Made by a program: the position numbers and the translations under genes. Below the pieces are notes generated by a model that saw only the letters and a program-made list of their open reading frames with translations, ran no database searches and was not told the origin of the DNA. From NCBI GenBank assembly GCA_913047795.1, contig CAJWTS010000006.1, positions 19,363 to 83,362 on the forward strand: a stretch of DNA of 64,000 nucleotides, written 5' to 3'. Every line of letters begins with the position of its first letter. The first letter of the stretch is position 1. Positions 21,840 to 31,490 of the stretch are shown one piece after another. Source of the stretch: an uncultured Verrucomicrobiota bacterium (GTDB taxonomy: Bacteria > Verrucomicrobiota > Kiritimatiellia > CAJWTS01).

Positions 21840-23709
21840 GGGCGGCGTACTGCCGCGTATAGCGCGGGCCCAGTTGCGACTCACGGTGATCGAATCCGAA
21901 TGTCCGCCGCTTGACGGCCAGGATCGGCGGCGCCTGGATCCGCTTGGCGAGCGCCATGCCCTGGTACAGGTTCCACCAGCGCTCCAGGTCCGCCACAAAA
22001 GCCGCGTCGTCATCGAACAGGTCCCGCACGGATCCGTCGTAATCCAATCGCTCCTCAAGCGAGCCGTCGATGTACCAGGCCAGAAGGTCTTCGGGCGTCG
22101 CCCGGTTCCACCACTCGACCCAACTCGTAAAGATACGATCGTGGTACGGGTAGACCAGCGGGTCGCCGCGACCCTCGTCCACATTCTGTGCTGCGCTCAG
22201 TTCGGCCGAGGGCACGACGTCGATGCTGCCCTGCGGAATACGCTCCGCGCCGAAGATCGCGTCGTTCATATAATGCGCCAGATCGATGACTTCTGTTTTC
22301 CACAGGTCGGCGATGTTGGCCAGGTATCCGGCCAGGTCGCCGTACAGGGTCGTGTAGCCGACGGTCGCCTCGGACTTGTTGGCGTTGCAGGTGAAGACGC
22401 CGCCGAAGGCGGCGGCCAGCGCCGCCAGCACGCGCGAGGAACGATCACGCGCCTGTACATTCTCCAGAACAAAATCCGACAGTTCCAGCCTGTGCTGCTG
22501 CTTGCCGTCGCCGCTCTCGATCTGTAGGCCGTCGAGTTGCGATGTCGTGACCTTGACGCTGTCTTCGATCGGCACTTCCACAAAGAAACAGCCGATGTTG
22601 CCGGCCAGGGTCTTGGCCAGGCTACGCGTCGTAGCCGAGTTGTACCGGCTTGGCATGTTGACCAGCAACAGGTTCTCCGGCGCGAGGAAACCGCTGTACA
22701 GCGAGGCCACGACGGCCGAATCGATGCCGCCCGAGATGCCGATCGCGATCCGCTTAACGCCGCAGCGATCCATAAAGAGTTGCGTCCCGTAACAAAGGGC
22801 GCGGTAGAGCGACGCGGCGCCGTCATCCACGAGTTGTATGGGTTCTCCGAATGAGGTCGACTTGTCCAGCGGAACGGCATGCGTCAGCGTCGTTGCCACG
22901 AAGGGGTCGCCCGCCGTGACCTGGTTGCCGTGCCCATCGTAGATGCAACTGCTGCCGTCAAAGGTGTACACCGTCTTGCCGTTGTCCTGCAGACCGACGT
23001 TGTTGACGTAGATCAACGGCGTGCGGCATTCCTCGGCATGTGCCGAGAAGACGCGGTTGCGCTTGTGGTTCTTGTTCGCAGTGAAAGGCGAACAGCTGAT
23101 ATTGATCAGCAGGTCGACGTCCTGCGCCGCCAGCACCGCCCAGGGCGAGAAGCTGTAGTCCGCATCCCAGGCGTCTTCACAAAGGATACACCCCAGCGAA
23201 AGGTCGCGCGTTCGAATGGGCGTCAGCAGGTCTTCGGGGCGTTGCCCTTCCTCGAGCGCCAGCTTGCGCAGGTCGTAGAAGTGGCGGCTGTCATCGAACT
23301 CGCGATAGTTGGGCAGCAGCGCCTTGATCGCGAAGTCGTACCGGCCGCCGACGCCGCGCAAAAAGGCCCTGTCCTCGGCGACGAAGCAGGCGTTGTACTT
23401 GCGTACGCGCCCGTCCTCGTTGCGACGTGTACGGTCGATGCCGATATTACCGAAGACCACGACCAGTCCGTCCGAGGCCGCGCGAATCTCATCACCGCAG
23501 GCTTCGCACTCGCGCAGAAACGCTTCGCGTTCCCACTCGTCGGCAACCAGATACCCGGGTATCGCCATTTCGGGGAAGACAAGCAACTCCACGCCGTCGC
23601 CCTTCGCCGTAGCGATCGCTTCCAGCATCGACGCCACATTGTCGGCGGGGCGCCCGGGGTGCACCGTCATCTGCACGGCGCGTATGAGAACTGTCTTCGT
23701 GGCCGACAT
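21811..23709 (-). CDS. nadE: Glutamine-dependent NAD+ synthetase (N-terminal CN-hydrolase domain plus C-terminal NAD synthase domain)
   Basis: 632 aa. LLVFPEMAIPGY (nitrilase-type), GISGGIDSAVVASL (PP-loop). Confidence 0.9.
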   Translation of the reverse strand: MSATKTVLIRAVQMTVHPGRPADNVASMLEAIATAKGDGVELLVFPEMAIPGYLVADEWEREAFLRECEACGDEIRAASDGLVVVFGNIGIDRTRRNEDGRVRKYNACFVAEDRAFLRGVGGRYDFAIKALLPNYREFDDSRHFYDLRKLALEEGQRPEDLLTPIRTRDLSLGCILCEDAWDADYSFSPWAVLAAQDVDLLINISCSPFTANKNHKRNRVFSAHAEECRTPLIYVNNVGLQDNGKTVYTFDGSSCIYDGHGNQVTAGDPFVATTLTHAVPLDKSTSFGEPIQLVDDGAASLYRALCYGTQLFMDRCGVKRIAIGISGGIDSAVVASLYSGFLAPENLLLVNMPSRYNSATTRSLAKTLAGNIGCFFVEVPIEDSVKVTTSQLDGLQIESGDGKQQHRLELSDFVLENVQARDRSSRVLAALAAAFGGVFTCNANKSEATVGYTTLYGDLAGYLANIADLWKTEVIDLAHYMNDAIFGAERIPQGSIDVVPSAELSAAQNVDEGRGDPLVYPYHDRIFTSWVEWWNRATPEDLLAWYIDGSLEERLDYDGSVRDLFDDDAAFVADLERWWNLYQGMALAKRIQAPPILAVKRRTFGFDHRESQLGPRYTRQYAALKAQLLGNA

Positions 23710-23899
23710 GATTGCGCCAGACTAACGCAGGGGCTCCGACTGGAATAGAAAAATCGCCACCGGGCCGGCGCTGCGCGACAGAAGCATACAGCTGAAAAAA
23801 CAGCCCTGGCCCAGCTCGGGGTTTGCCGTGCGGCCACGCCTCCTTGGCCGTCGTCCTGATTTCTTGTCGCGGCCCCCGCCGTGCACTACGCTGACCGCC

Positions 23900-24835
23900 A
23901 TGCGTATTGTTTTCATGGGGTCCCCCGCGCTGGCCTGTCCATCGCTCGAGGGCTTAAGTGCCGTCCACGACGTGGTCGCGGTCGTGACGCAACCGGACCG
24001 TCCGCAGGGCCGCCGGCTGCGGCCGGCGGCCTCCGCGGTCAAGACCTGTGCCGTCGAACGCGGTTATGCCGTGTTGACGCCCGAGCACGTCAACGATCCC
24101 GAGAGCGTTGGGCAGATCGCCGCGGTGGAGCCGGATCTCATTGTTGTGGTTGCCTTTGGGCAGATCCTGAAGCCGGCGCTGCTTGCGATGCCTCCGCACG
24201 GTTGCATTAATTTGCACACGTCGCTGCTGCCGGCCTATCGGGGGGCCGCACCGATCCAGTGGGCGATCGCGCGCGGCGAGACGGAAACCGGGGTCACCAC
24301 CATGTTCATGTCCGCGGGGCTGGACGAAGGGGATATTATTGCACAGACGACCGTGGCGATAGGGGCCGAGGAAACCGCGGGGAATCTGCACGACCGCCTG
24401 GCCGTCGTGGGTGCCGGGTTGCTGGCCCGCACGGTTGCGGCCGTTCAAGACGGATCCGCGGCGGCCCGCGCGCAGGATCACACGGCGGCAACCTACGCGC
24501 CGCGATTGAACAAGGCCGACGGGAAAATGGACTGGAACCTGCCGGCGGTGGAGCTACACAACCGCCTGCGGGGATTTACACCCTGGCCGGGCAGCTTCTG
24601 CACGTCCCCCCCCGGGCGCCGGCTGGCCGTGCTTGAGGCGCGCCCCGAAATGAACGATAGTGCGTCATTACCGGAGCCCGGCACGGTGCTCGCTGTCGAT
24701 GGTGACGGGCCGCTGGTTCAGACCGGCACGGATGCCCTGCGCCTGGTGACGGTACAGCCGGAAGGCAAGCGTGCGCTACCCGGTGCGGAGTACCTGCGCG
24801 GGTATCCAACCCAAGCGGGCGACCGGATGGGCTAG
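23900..24835 (+). CDS. fmt: Methionyl-tRNA formyltransferase
   Basis: MRIVFMGSP...VVTQPDRPQGRR...INLHTSLLPAYRGAAPIQWAI. Start set at the internal ATG 23900. Confidence 0.9.
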   Translation: MRIVFMGSPALACPSLEGLSAVHDVVAVVTQPDRPQGRRLRPAASAVKTCAVERGYAVLTPEHVNDPESVGQIAAVEPDLIVVVAFGQILKPALLAMPPHGCINLHTSLLPAYRGAAPIQWAIARGETETGVTTMFMSAGLDEGDIIAQTTVAIGAEETAGNLHDRLAVVGAGLLARTVAAVQDGSAAARAQDHTAATYAPRLNKADGKMDWNLPAVELHNRLRGFTPWPGSFCTSPPGRRLAVLEARPEMNDSASLPEPGTVLAVDGDGPLVQTGTDALRLVTVQPEGKRALPGAEYLRGYPTQAGDRMG

Positions 24836-24840
24836 AGATC

Positions 24841-25932
24841 ATGTCAGAAACCGTACAGGTAGACTTGGGCACGACCCGCTACGACATTCGTATCGGAAGC
24901 GGCGTGCTGCCCGCGACCGATTGGGAAGATGCACAGTCTGTGCTCCTTGTCTCGGACGCGAACGTCGCGCCGCTCCACGGCGAACGTATTCGCGCGCATT
25001 TCGCGGGGGCCGGCCTGCGCGTCGAGCATGTGGTTGTACCCGCGGGCGAGACCTCGAAGAGCACGGACGCGGCGCACCAGATCTATGACGGCGCCTTAGC
25101 GGCGGGACTCGATCGCCGTGGCATCATTGTCGCCCTGGGCGGCGGCGTGGTTGGCGATCTAGCGGGGTACGCCGCGGCCACCTTCCTGCGCGGGATCCGT
25201 TACGTGCAGGTGCCCACGACCCTGTTGGCCATGGTGGACAGCTCTGTCGGTGGCAAAACCGGCATCAACCTCGCGCAGGGCAAAAACCTGGTGGGCGTGT
25301 TTCATCAGCCGATCGAAGTCGTGGCCGATCTCGACATGCTCGTAACGCTACCCGCCCGTGAGTACGTGGCGGGCCTTGCGGAGGTGATCAAGTACGGCGT
25401 GATTTGGGACAAGGCCTTACTCGACCTGCTCGAGAAGAACGTGGACCAGCTGCTGGCCCGCGACGGCGCGCTACTTGCGGGTATCGTTGCGCGCTGCTGC
25501 GCCATCAAGGCGGAGGTCGTCGCGCGCGATGAACGCGAGCACGACTTGCGCGCGATACTCAATTTCGGCCATACGCTCGGGCACGCGATTGAAAACGCGG
25601 GCCGTTACGCCGGACCGCTACACGGCGAGGCGATCGCCGTGGGAATGGTCTATGCTGCGCAACTTTCAGTGCGCCATGCAGACTTGCCGCTCCCGGATTT
25701 TGATCGACTGCGCGCACTGATCACGGCCGTGGGCCTGCCCGTTGCGCTTTCCGCACTGCCGTCCAGCGGCGGCGCGCAGCAATGGTCCGTGCTGCGTGCG
25801 GCGATGACTGTCGACAAGAAGTCTGTCGCCGGCCGCCCGCGCTTTGTACTCGCCACGGAACTCGGCGCGGCCCGCCCCGGCTACGAGTTGCCGGACGATG
25901 CGCTCGAAGAGACCTTTAACGCCCTCGACTGA
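24841..25932 (+). CDS. aroB: 3-dehydroquinate synthase
   Basis: GGGVVGDLAGYAAATFLRGIRYVQVPTTLLAMVDSSVGGKTGINL. Confidence 0.9.
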   Translation: MSETVQVDLGTTRYDIRIGSGVLPATDWEDAQSVLLVSDANVAPLHGERIRAHFAGAGLRVEHVVVPAGETSKSTDAAHQIYDGALAAGLDRRGIIVALGGGVVGDLAGYAAATFLRGIRYVQVPTTLLAMVDSSVGGKTGINLAQGKNLVGVFHQPIEVVADLDMLVTLPAREYVAGLAEVIKYGVIWDKALLDLLEKNVDQLLARDGALLAGIVARCCAIKAEVVARDEREHDLRAILNFGHTLGHAIENAGRYAGPLHGEAIAVGMVYAAQLSVRHADLPLPDFDRLRALITAVGLPVALSALPSSGGAQQWSVLRAAMTVDKKSVAGRPRFVLATELGAARPGYELPDDALEETFNALD

Positions 25933-26130
25933 CACCTGGTTCGACGGGGGGGACCCGGTCGTGCCCGAGTCGAAGACCTGTCCTCGGTCTTGTCCTGCGA
26001 AGCCGGAACGGCATCGCAGGAAGCCACGATCCGCCGCAGGTGCAGAGGAGGATCGAAAGCCCATCAATATGAGTGTTGATCCCCATGCCCAGAATCGTAG
26101 AATGGCTTTTTAGGGGAGCATTGAAACCGT

Positions 26131-26730
26131 ATGTCCGCTGTCAATGAATGGGTCGTCAGGGAGTATTTCGAAACGCTTGGATTCCTTGTCAGCCAGCCGC
26201 GCAAATACATTGCCTCGGGCCGCCAGCGCCGCGCCGAGGAGGAGATCGATCTCCTCGTCCACAATCCGTCGGTAACCGAACACCGCGTCCCGTCGGACAT
26301 GATATGGGATTCGTCCTCGCTGAAGGACGTCGAACGCGCCGTGATCGGCGTACGCGGCTGGCATACCGAGCGATTCTATTCGACAACGCTCGAGAACAAT
26401 CCTGAAATTCTTCGTTTCGCGGAGTCGGCCCCCCTGCGTGCCGCCGAAAAGAGACTGGGATCCGCCAAGATCGCCAAGATCCTTTGTCTGCCGCGCTTGC
26501 CGGCGTCCGGGGCGCTCAAGGACAAGACGATCCTTCTTTTGCGCAGCAAGGAAATCGACGGCGTCATCTCCTTCCAGACGATGCTCACCGAAATTGTCGA
26601 CGGCGTAAGCAGTAACCTGAATTATGAGAAATCCGATCTGCTGCAGATCATCCGTCTGCTGAAAAGCTACGATCTTCTGAAGGACGGCCAACTGGAACTC
26701 TTCGAGCGCAGGCCGCGTCGACGGAAATAG
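26131..26730 (+). CDS. Hypothetical protein (199 aa), no recognisable family
   Basis: Clean ORF with GGGGAG 8 nt upstream of the ATG. No motif I can assign. Confidence 0.45.
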   Translation: MSAVNEWVVREYFETLGFLVSQPRKYIASGRQRRAEEEIDLLVHNPSVTEHRVPSDMIWDSSSLKDVERAVIGVRGWHTERFYSTTLENNPEILRFAESAPLRAAEKRLGSAKIAKILCLPRLPASGALKDKTILLLRSKEIDGVISFQTMLTEIVDGVSSNLNYEKSDLLQIIRLLKSYDLLKDGQLELFERRPRRRK

Positions 26731-27044
26731 GGACCCCGGGGGAGGTCCGGATTGCGTGCGCCGGCATAGCCGACGTATTCATTTTTGAGTCCTCTGCGCC
26801 ACGAACGAAACGCCGACAACGCGCCACTATTGCATGGAAGCCGCCTTTTCGTAGCCATTCACCGCCCGCGACCCGTCGGCCGCATTGCAATACAACCGTC
26901 GCCCGTGGTATAGTCCCCCCCCTTGTTCATACCCGCCGATTCGGGAAATTCCTGCATGGCACTTAGTCACCGCATCAGAAAGTTGTTCGCCTCCGGGCTC
27001 GTGTCGCTTTCCCTCGGAGTGGCCGCATCGAGATTTCACAGGAT

Positions 27045-28067
27045 ATGATGCCTTACGATGTCGACCAGCCGGGAAGCTACGTCGTGACCGAGAACCTGAC
27101 CGGCTCAGCCGCATGGAATGGCATCACAATCGCCGCCGATGACGTCACGATTGATCTCAACGGCTTTGCGCTTACGGGTGTGCCCAACTCGAAGGACGGT
27201 ATCTCGGCCGGATCCAATTATGAAAACATCGAGATCCTGAACGGCAGCATCCAGAATTGGGGCGATGATGGGATCGACATGTTCGGCGTCACCAATGCAA
27301 TCGTTCGTGACCTGCGGGTATCCCACAACGCGGACGACGGAATGCGGGTTGGATACGCCAGCCGCGTCTCGGACTGCACCCTGCTTGAGAATACGCACGA
27401 CGGGCTCGTGGCACAGAACGGATCCATTGTCGCCCGCTGTGTTGCGCGCGACAATTCCGACAGCGGCCTGGTCGTCGGAAACGGCTGTACCGTCCGCGAC
27501 AGCGTATCGCGCCAGAACAGCGACGACGGTATTTATGCCGGCGAGGGGTCGACGGTCGTGGCCTGTACCACGCGATCCAACGGGGACAACGGGATCCAGG
27601 TCGGTCGCGGCAGCCTCGTGACGACCTCGGTCGGTTACGCCAATGACGACAATGGCATTTGGGTCAATGGTGCGGGCGGAAGCGTGATCAACTGTTCCGT
27701 GTTTGGGAACTCGCTTTACGGCATACGCGTTGGCGATGGCTGTTCGATCATTTCCTGCACCGCCAGCGGAAACGAAAAGGATTCCTTCTACGTATCCAAC
27801 AGTTGTTATGTTTTCGGCAACAATTCGTTCGAAGCGGCGAACAGCGGCTTCAAGGTCGCTGGAGACAAGAACCGGATCGATCGCAATCACGCCACGCGCG
27901 GCGCAAAGGGCTATAGTGTTACCGGTGCCGACAACCTCATCATCCGCAACTCCGCGTCGGGTAATAGCGATTCCAGCTACGGCATTGGAGGCGGTAACGA
28001 TGCCGGCGGCATCGAGACGGACCCGTCCGCGGCATCCGCCGGGCCGTGGGATAATTTTTCGGATTGA
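27045..28067 (+). CDS. Right-handed parallel beta-helix (PbH1 repeat) protein, paralog 1. Its N-terminal signal peptide lies in another frame (26956-27045), so this is a possible frameshift or pseudogene.
   Basis: Repeats of the form N-x-x-DG-I...V. In-frame translation upstream of the first ATG still reads SGRIEISQDMMPY, matching paralog 2, but has no start codon. A signal-peptide ORF MALSHRIRKLFASGLVSLSLGVAAS sits in the +1 frame. Confidence 0.6.
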   Translation: MMPYDVDQPGSYVVTENLTGSAAWNGITIAADDVTIDLNGFALTGVPNSKDGISAGSNYENIEILNGSIQNWGDDGIDMFGVTNAIVRDLRVSHNADDGMRVGYASRVSDCTLLENTHDGLVAQNGSIVARCVARDNSDSGLVVGNGCTVRDSVSRQNSDDGIYAGEGSTVVACTTRSNGDNGIQVGRGSLVTTSVGYANDDNGIWVNGAGGSVINCSVFGNSLYGIRVGDGCSIISCTASGNEKDSFYVSNSCYVFGNNSFEAANSGFKVAGDKNRIDRNHATRGAKGYSVTGADNLIIRNSASGNSDSSYGIGGGNDAGGIETDPSAASAGPWDNFSD

Positions 28068-28068
28068 T

Positions 28069-29253
28069 ATGAATCCTGGTCGCAGAGCATGCGTCGCGAT
28101 CCTGTCCCTCGTCACCATCCAGGGCCATGGCGACAACGGGCGTATCGAAATCTCGCAAGACATGATGCCCCTCACGATCAGCGAACCGGGAAGCTATGTC
28201 GCCGTCGAGAATCTCGTTCATGCCAATTCGGGAGATGGGATCACGATCACGGCCAACAACGTCACGCTGGACCTGAACGGGTATCGCCTGTTTGGAGGAG
28301 CGGGGACGGTCTCGGACGATGGCATCTCCATTCCTTATGGGCACAACATCGAAATCCGAAATGGCACGATCAAGGGATTCGGAGATCACGGCATCGATGC
28401 GCTGTTTTCGACCAACAGCGTTTTTCGGCACCTGCGTGTAATGGACAACTATGACGCCGGCATCCTCGCGGGCACGGCATGCTCGATACTCGAAACGGTC
28501 TCCTCCCGTAACGGCGTGCGCCAAGGGCGTTCGGGGACCGGGGTCGGGATAGAGGTGGATATCGGCTCGATGATTGTCGACTGCACCGTATCTGCCAATT
28601 ACGACCATGGCATGGTTGTGTCCTCGGGCTCGACGGTCATGAATTGCATCCTATCCGGCAACGGTCACGACGGCGCCCATGGCGGCTTCGGAACCCTGTT
28701 CCGCAGGATCATCGCCTTCGAGAACATCGGAGAAGCCTTTGAAGCAAACGGGGGAAGTGTGGTCGCGGAATGCGTTGCCCAGCGCAATATCGACGACGGG
28801 ATCAAGGCGGCAGACGAAGGGCGACTGCTCTTGGTGCGTTGTATTGCAACGGACACGGCCAACCTTGTCGACGGGAAGGGCGACGGGATTAAGGGGCAGA
28901 GCGGCAGTCTCGTGCTCGAGTGCACGGTGCGCGACAACTATGACGATGGCATTACCGTGGCCAGCGGAGCTTTCGTATACGACTGCCTTGGTTCCGGCAA
29001 CGGATATGGCGAGGACGAGTCGCCCGGTGGTGGTGTACGCATGACGGGTCCGCAGGAGGGGGTGGACTCGCGCTGTGACGACAATCACCTGCTGAACAAC
29101 GCACGCGGCGCCGAAGCCGGGGTAAATTGCCTGGTCGTGAAGAATAGTGCCGAGGGGAATACCATCGATTACGCGGTCTCCAGCCGTGCGCACGAAGACA
29201 TCACGAGCGTGAACCCCAACAACGCCGGCCCCTGGGCCAGCTTCGACTACTAG
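28069..29253 (+). CDS. Right-handed parallel beta-helix (PbH1 repeat) secreted protein, paralog 2
   Basis: MNPGRRACVAILSLVTIQGHG signal, then GRIEISQDMMPLTISEPGSYVAVENL. C-terminus NNAGPWASFDY parallels paralog 1 (SAGPWDNFSD). Start is 1 nt after the paralog 1 stop. Confidence 0.7.
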   Translation: MNPGRRACVAILSLVTIQGHGDNGRIEISQDMMPLTISEPGSYVAVENLVHANSGDGITITANNVTLDLNGYRLFGGAGTVSDDGISIPYGHNIEIRNGTIKGFGDHGIDALFSTNSVFRHLRVMDNYDAGILAGTACSILETVSSRNGVRQGRSGTGVGIEVDIGSMIVDCTVSANYDHGMVVSSGSTVMNCILSGNGHDGAHGGFGTLFRRIIAFENIGEAFEANGGSVVAECVAQRNIDDGIKAADEGRLLLVRCIATDTANLVDGKGDGIKGQSGSLVLECTVRDNYDDGITVASGAFVYDCLGSGNGYGEDESPGGGVRMTGPQEGVDSRCDDNHLLNNARGAEAGVNCLVVKNSAEGNTIDYAVSSRAHEDITSVNPNNAGPWASFDY

Positions 29254-29358
29254 CCTGCCCTCACGCGGCCCTTGTCGCTGTATCGGGTTCTTGCTGTTGG
29301 CAAGAAACAGCGCCGGGCGATCCTGCCGGTCCACGAATCGTTTCCGTCAAGGTGCGCG

Positions 29359-31170
29359 TCAAGTAGCCGCCGCGCGTTTGCGATCGGTCGCGTTGAGGAT
29401 GTTCTTGCGCAGGCGCAGATGGTTGGGTGTCACCTCGACATATTCGTCCACACCGATGAACTCGATTGCCCGCTCGAGCGATAGTTGCATCGGCGGCTCG
29501 AGCTCGATCGCCTTGTCCTTGCCGGCCGTGCGCACCTTGCCCAGGTGCTTCGTGCGCGTCGGGTTAACCGGCAGGTCTTCCTTGCGTGGGTTTTCGCCGA
29601 CCATCATGCCCTCGTACACCTCGGTCTGCGGACCGATGAAGAGCTTGCCGCGCGCCTGAATCTGGTCGAGCGCGTAGGCTGTGGCGATGCCCTGTACCAT
29701 CGACACCAGCGCGCCCGAGGTGCGTGTCTCGATCGGGCCGCAGCCGGCCGCGTATTCCCTGAACATGTGGCTCATCAACGCGCGGCCGCTGGTCAGGTTG
29801 ACCAGGAAGTTGTCGAGCCCGAACAGGCCGCGCGTGGGAATGATGCCCTCCAGGTGCACATTGTTCCCGTGATGTGTCATGTTCTCCGTGCGTGCCTTGC
29901 GTGCCGCGAGTGCCTGTATCACGTCGCCCAGGCATTCGTTCGGGATTTCCAGCCAGAGATCTTCGTAGGGCTCCAGGCGCTTGCCGTTCTCTTCGCGATA
30001 AATCACTTCCGGACGGGAGACGAGCAGCTCGAACCCTTCGCGGCGCATGGTCTCGACCAGTACGGAAATCTGCAATTCGCCGCGCGCCTTGATCGTGAAG
30101 CCGGAGCCGTTGGATGCTTCTGACAGCTCCAGCGAAATGTTCGTTTTCATCTCGCGTTCAAGGCGTTCGCGAATCTGGCGGGATGTCACGTACTTCCCGT
30201 CACGCCCGGACAGGGGGCCATCGTTGGCGCGGATCTGCATCTGTATCGTCGGCGGGTCGATGGCCACGAAGGGCAGTGGCGGCTGGCTATCCGTCGCGCA
30301 CAGCGATTCCCCAATGAATATGTCCGTGAAGCCGGCGATGCCGACGATATCGCCGGACTCGCCGACCGGCGCTTCCGCCGTTCCCATGCCGCTGAACGTG
30401 AGCAGCTTGGTAATGGTTTCGCGCGTTCGCGAACCGTCGCCACGAACGCAGTACACGTTGTCGCCCGTCGCTACGCGCCCCTGTGTGATCTTGCCGATGG
30501 CGATGCGGCCGACGTAGTCATCCCAGTCCACGTTACTGATCAACATCTCGAACGGCGCGTCGGGATCGGCCGCAGGCGCGGGAATGTGTGCGATAACGGT
30601 TTCGAAAAGGGGCGTCATGTCTCCGGCATTGTCGCCGATTTCGCGTACGGCGTAACCGTCCTTCGCGCTCCCGTAAAGAAACGGGGCATGGAACTGCTCT
30701 TCGCTGGCGTTGAGCTCGAGCAGCAGCTCAAGCAGGTCATCGTGCGCCTGTGCGGGATTCGCCAGGTCGCGGTCGATCTTGTTGATCACGGCGACCAGCG
30801 GCAACTGTTGCTCGATTGCTTTCTTGAGCACGAACCGCGTCTGGGCCTGCGGACCCTCGGCCGCGTCGACCAGGACCAGCACGCCGTCCACCATTTGCAG
30901 GATGCGCTCAACTTCACCGCCGAAATCGGCGTGGCCGGGCGTGTCGACGATGTTGACCTGGTAGCCGTTCCAGCGCACCGAGGCATTCTTGGACTTGATC
31001 GTAATGCCTTTTTCGCGCTCGAGGTCCATCGAGTCCATGACGCGGTCGACCGCCTCGCGGTGCGCGCGGAACGCGCCGCCCTGCCGCAGCAAGCAGTCCA
31101 CGAGCGTCGTCTTGCCGTGATCGACGTGGGCGATAATACCGATGTTGCGGATTTTCGTATTGGTACTCAT
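29359..31170 (-). CDS. typA: Translational GTPase TypA/BipA
   Basis: MSTNTKIRNIGIIAHVDHGKTTLVD...DTPGHADFGGEVER...NKIDR. The N-terminal extension of the ORF was rejected. Confidence 0.9.
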   Translation of the reverse strand: MSTNTKIRNIGIIAHVDHGKTTLVDCLLRQGGAFRAHREAVDRVMDSMDLEREKGITIKSKNASVRWNGYQVNIVDTPGHADFGGEVERILQMVDGVLVLVDAAEGPQAQTRFVLKKAIEQQLPLVAVINKIDRDLANPAQAHDDLLELLLELNASEEQFHAPFLYGSAKDGYAVREIGDNAGDMTPLFETVIAHIPAPAADPDAPFEMLISNVDWDDYVGRIAIGKITQGRVATGDNVYCVRGDGSRTRETITKLLTFSGMGTAEAPVGESGDIVGIAGFTDIFIGESLCATDSQPPLPFVAIDPPTIQMQIRANDGPLSGRDGKYVTSRQIRERLEREMKTNISLELSEASNGSGFTIKARGELQISVLVETMRREGFELLVSRPEVIYREENGKRLEPYEDLWLEIPNECLGDVIQALAARKARTENMTHHGNNVHLEGIIPTRGLFGLDNFLVNLTSGRALMSHMFREYAAGCGPIETRTSGALVSMVQGIATAYALDQIQARGKLFIGPQTEVYEGMMVGENPRKEDLPVNPTRTKHLGKVRTAGKDKAIELEPPMQLSLERAIEFIGVDEYVEVTPNHLRLRKNILNATDRKRAAAT

Positions 31171-31490
31171 GACGGGTACAGGGGGTTCATGCGGTGCGGA
31201 AAGGAACCGCCGTGCTCCGGAGAGCGGCATGGCCGACCGGGGCAAAGGCGGCGGAGCATCCGACAAAACCCGCCCGAACGCAAGATAAACTCGACCGGGT
31301 GACCGGGCCGGGTGCGAACCCGTTGTGCTCTGCGGGCACCAGGAACGGTGCGCTACACACGCCCTGGCATCAACGGCGCGACTGTCCGGGGTTCCTCCTC
31401 AACCGATCTCGCGCTTGCCATGCCCAGCCGGCCGGGAGTAGGATTTACATGCCTTGTCGCCGCCAACGCCGAACCATGAACGGGAGATCG

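Noticed and set aside
20655-22184. 509-aa minus-strand ORF spanning htrA and nadE
   Set aside because: Crosses two confidently called convergent genes. No domain signature.
23200-23230. tRNA-like T-loop sequence GCGTTCGAATGGGCG
   Set aside because: Flanks do not form a T-stem or acceptor stem, and it lies inside the nadE coding region.
29288-29306. 7-bp stem hairpin TTCTTGC-TGTTG-GCAAGAA between the beta-helix gene and typA
   Set aside because: AT-rich short stem without a U-tract on either strand. At most a weak bidirectional terminator, not reported as a feature.
31194-31490. N-terminal extension of the PQQ-propeller ORF
   Set aside because: ATG 31491 has a GGGAGA RBS and is followed by a signal peptide. 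The upstream stretch is an Arg-rich frame running into the divergent typA promoter region.
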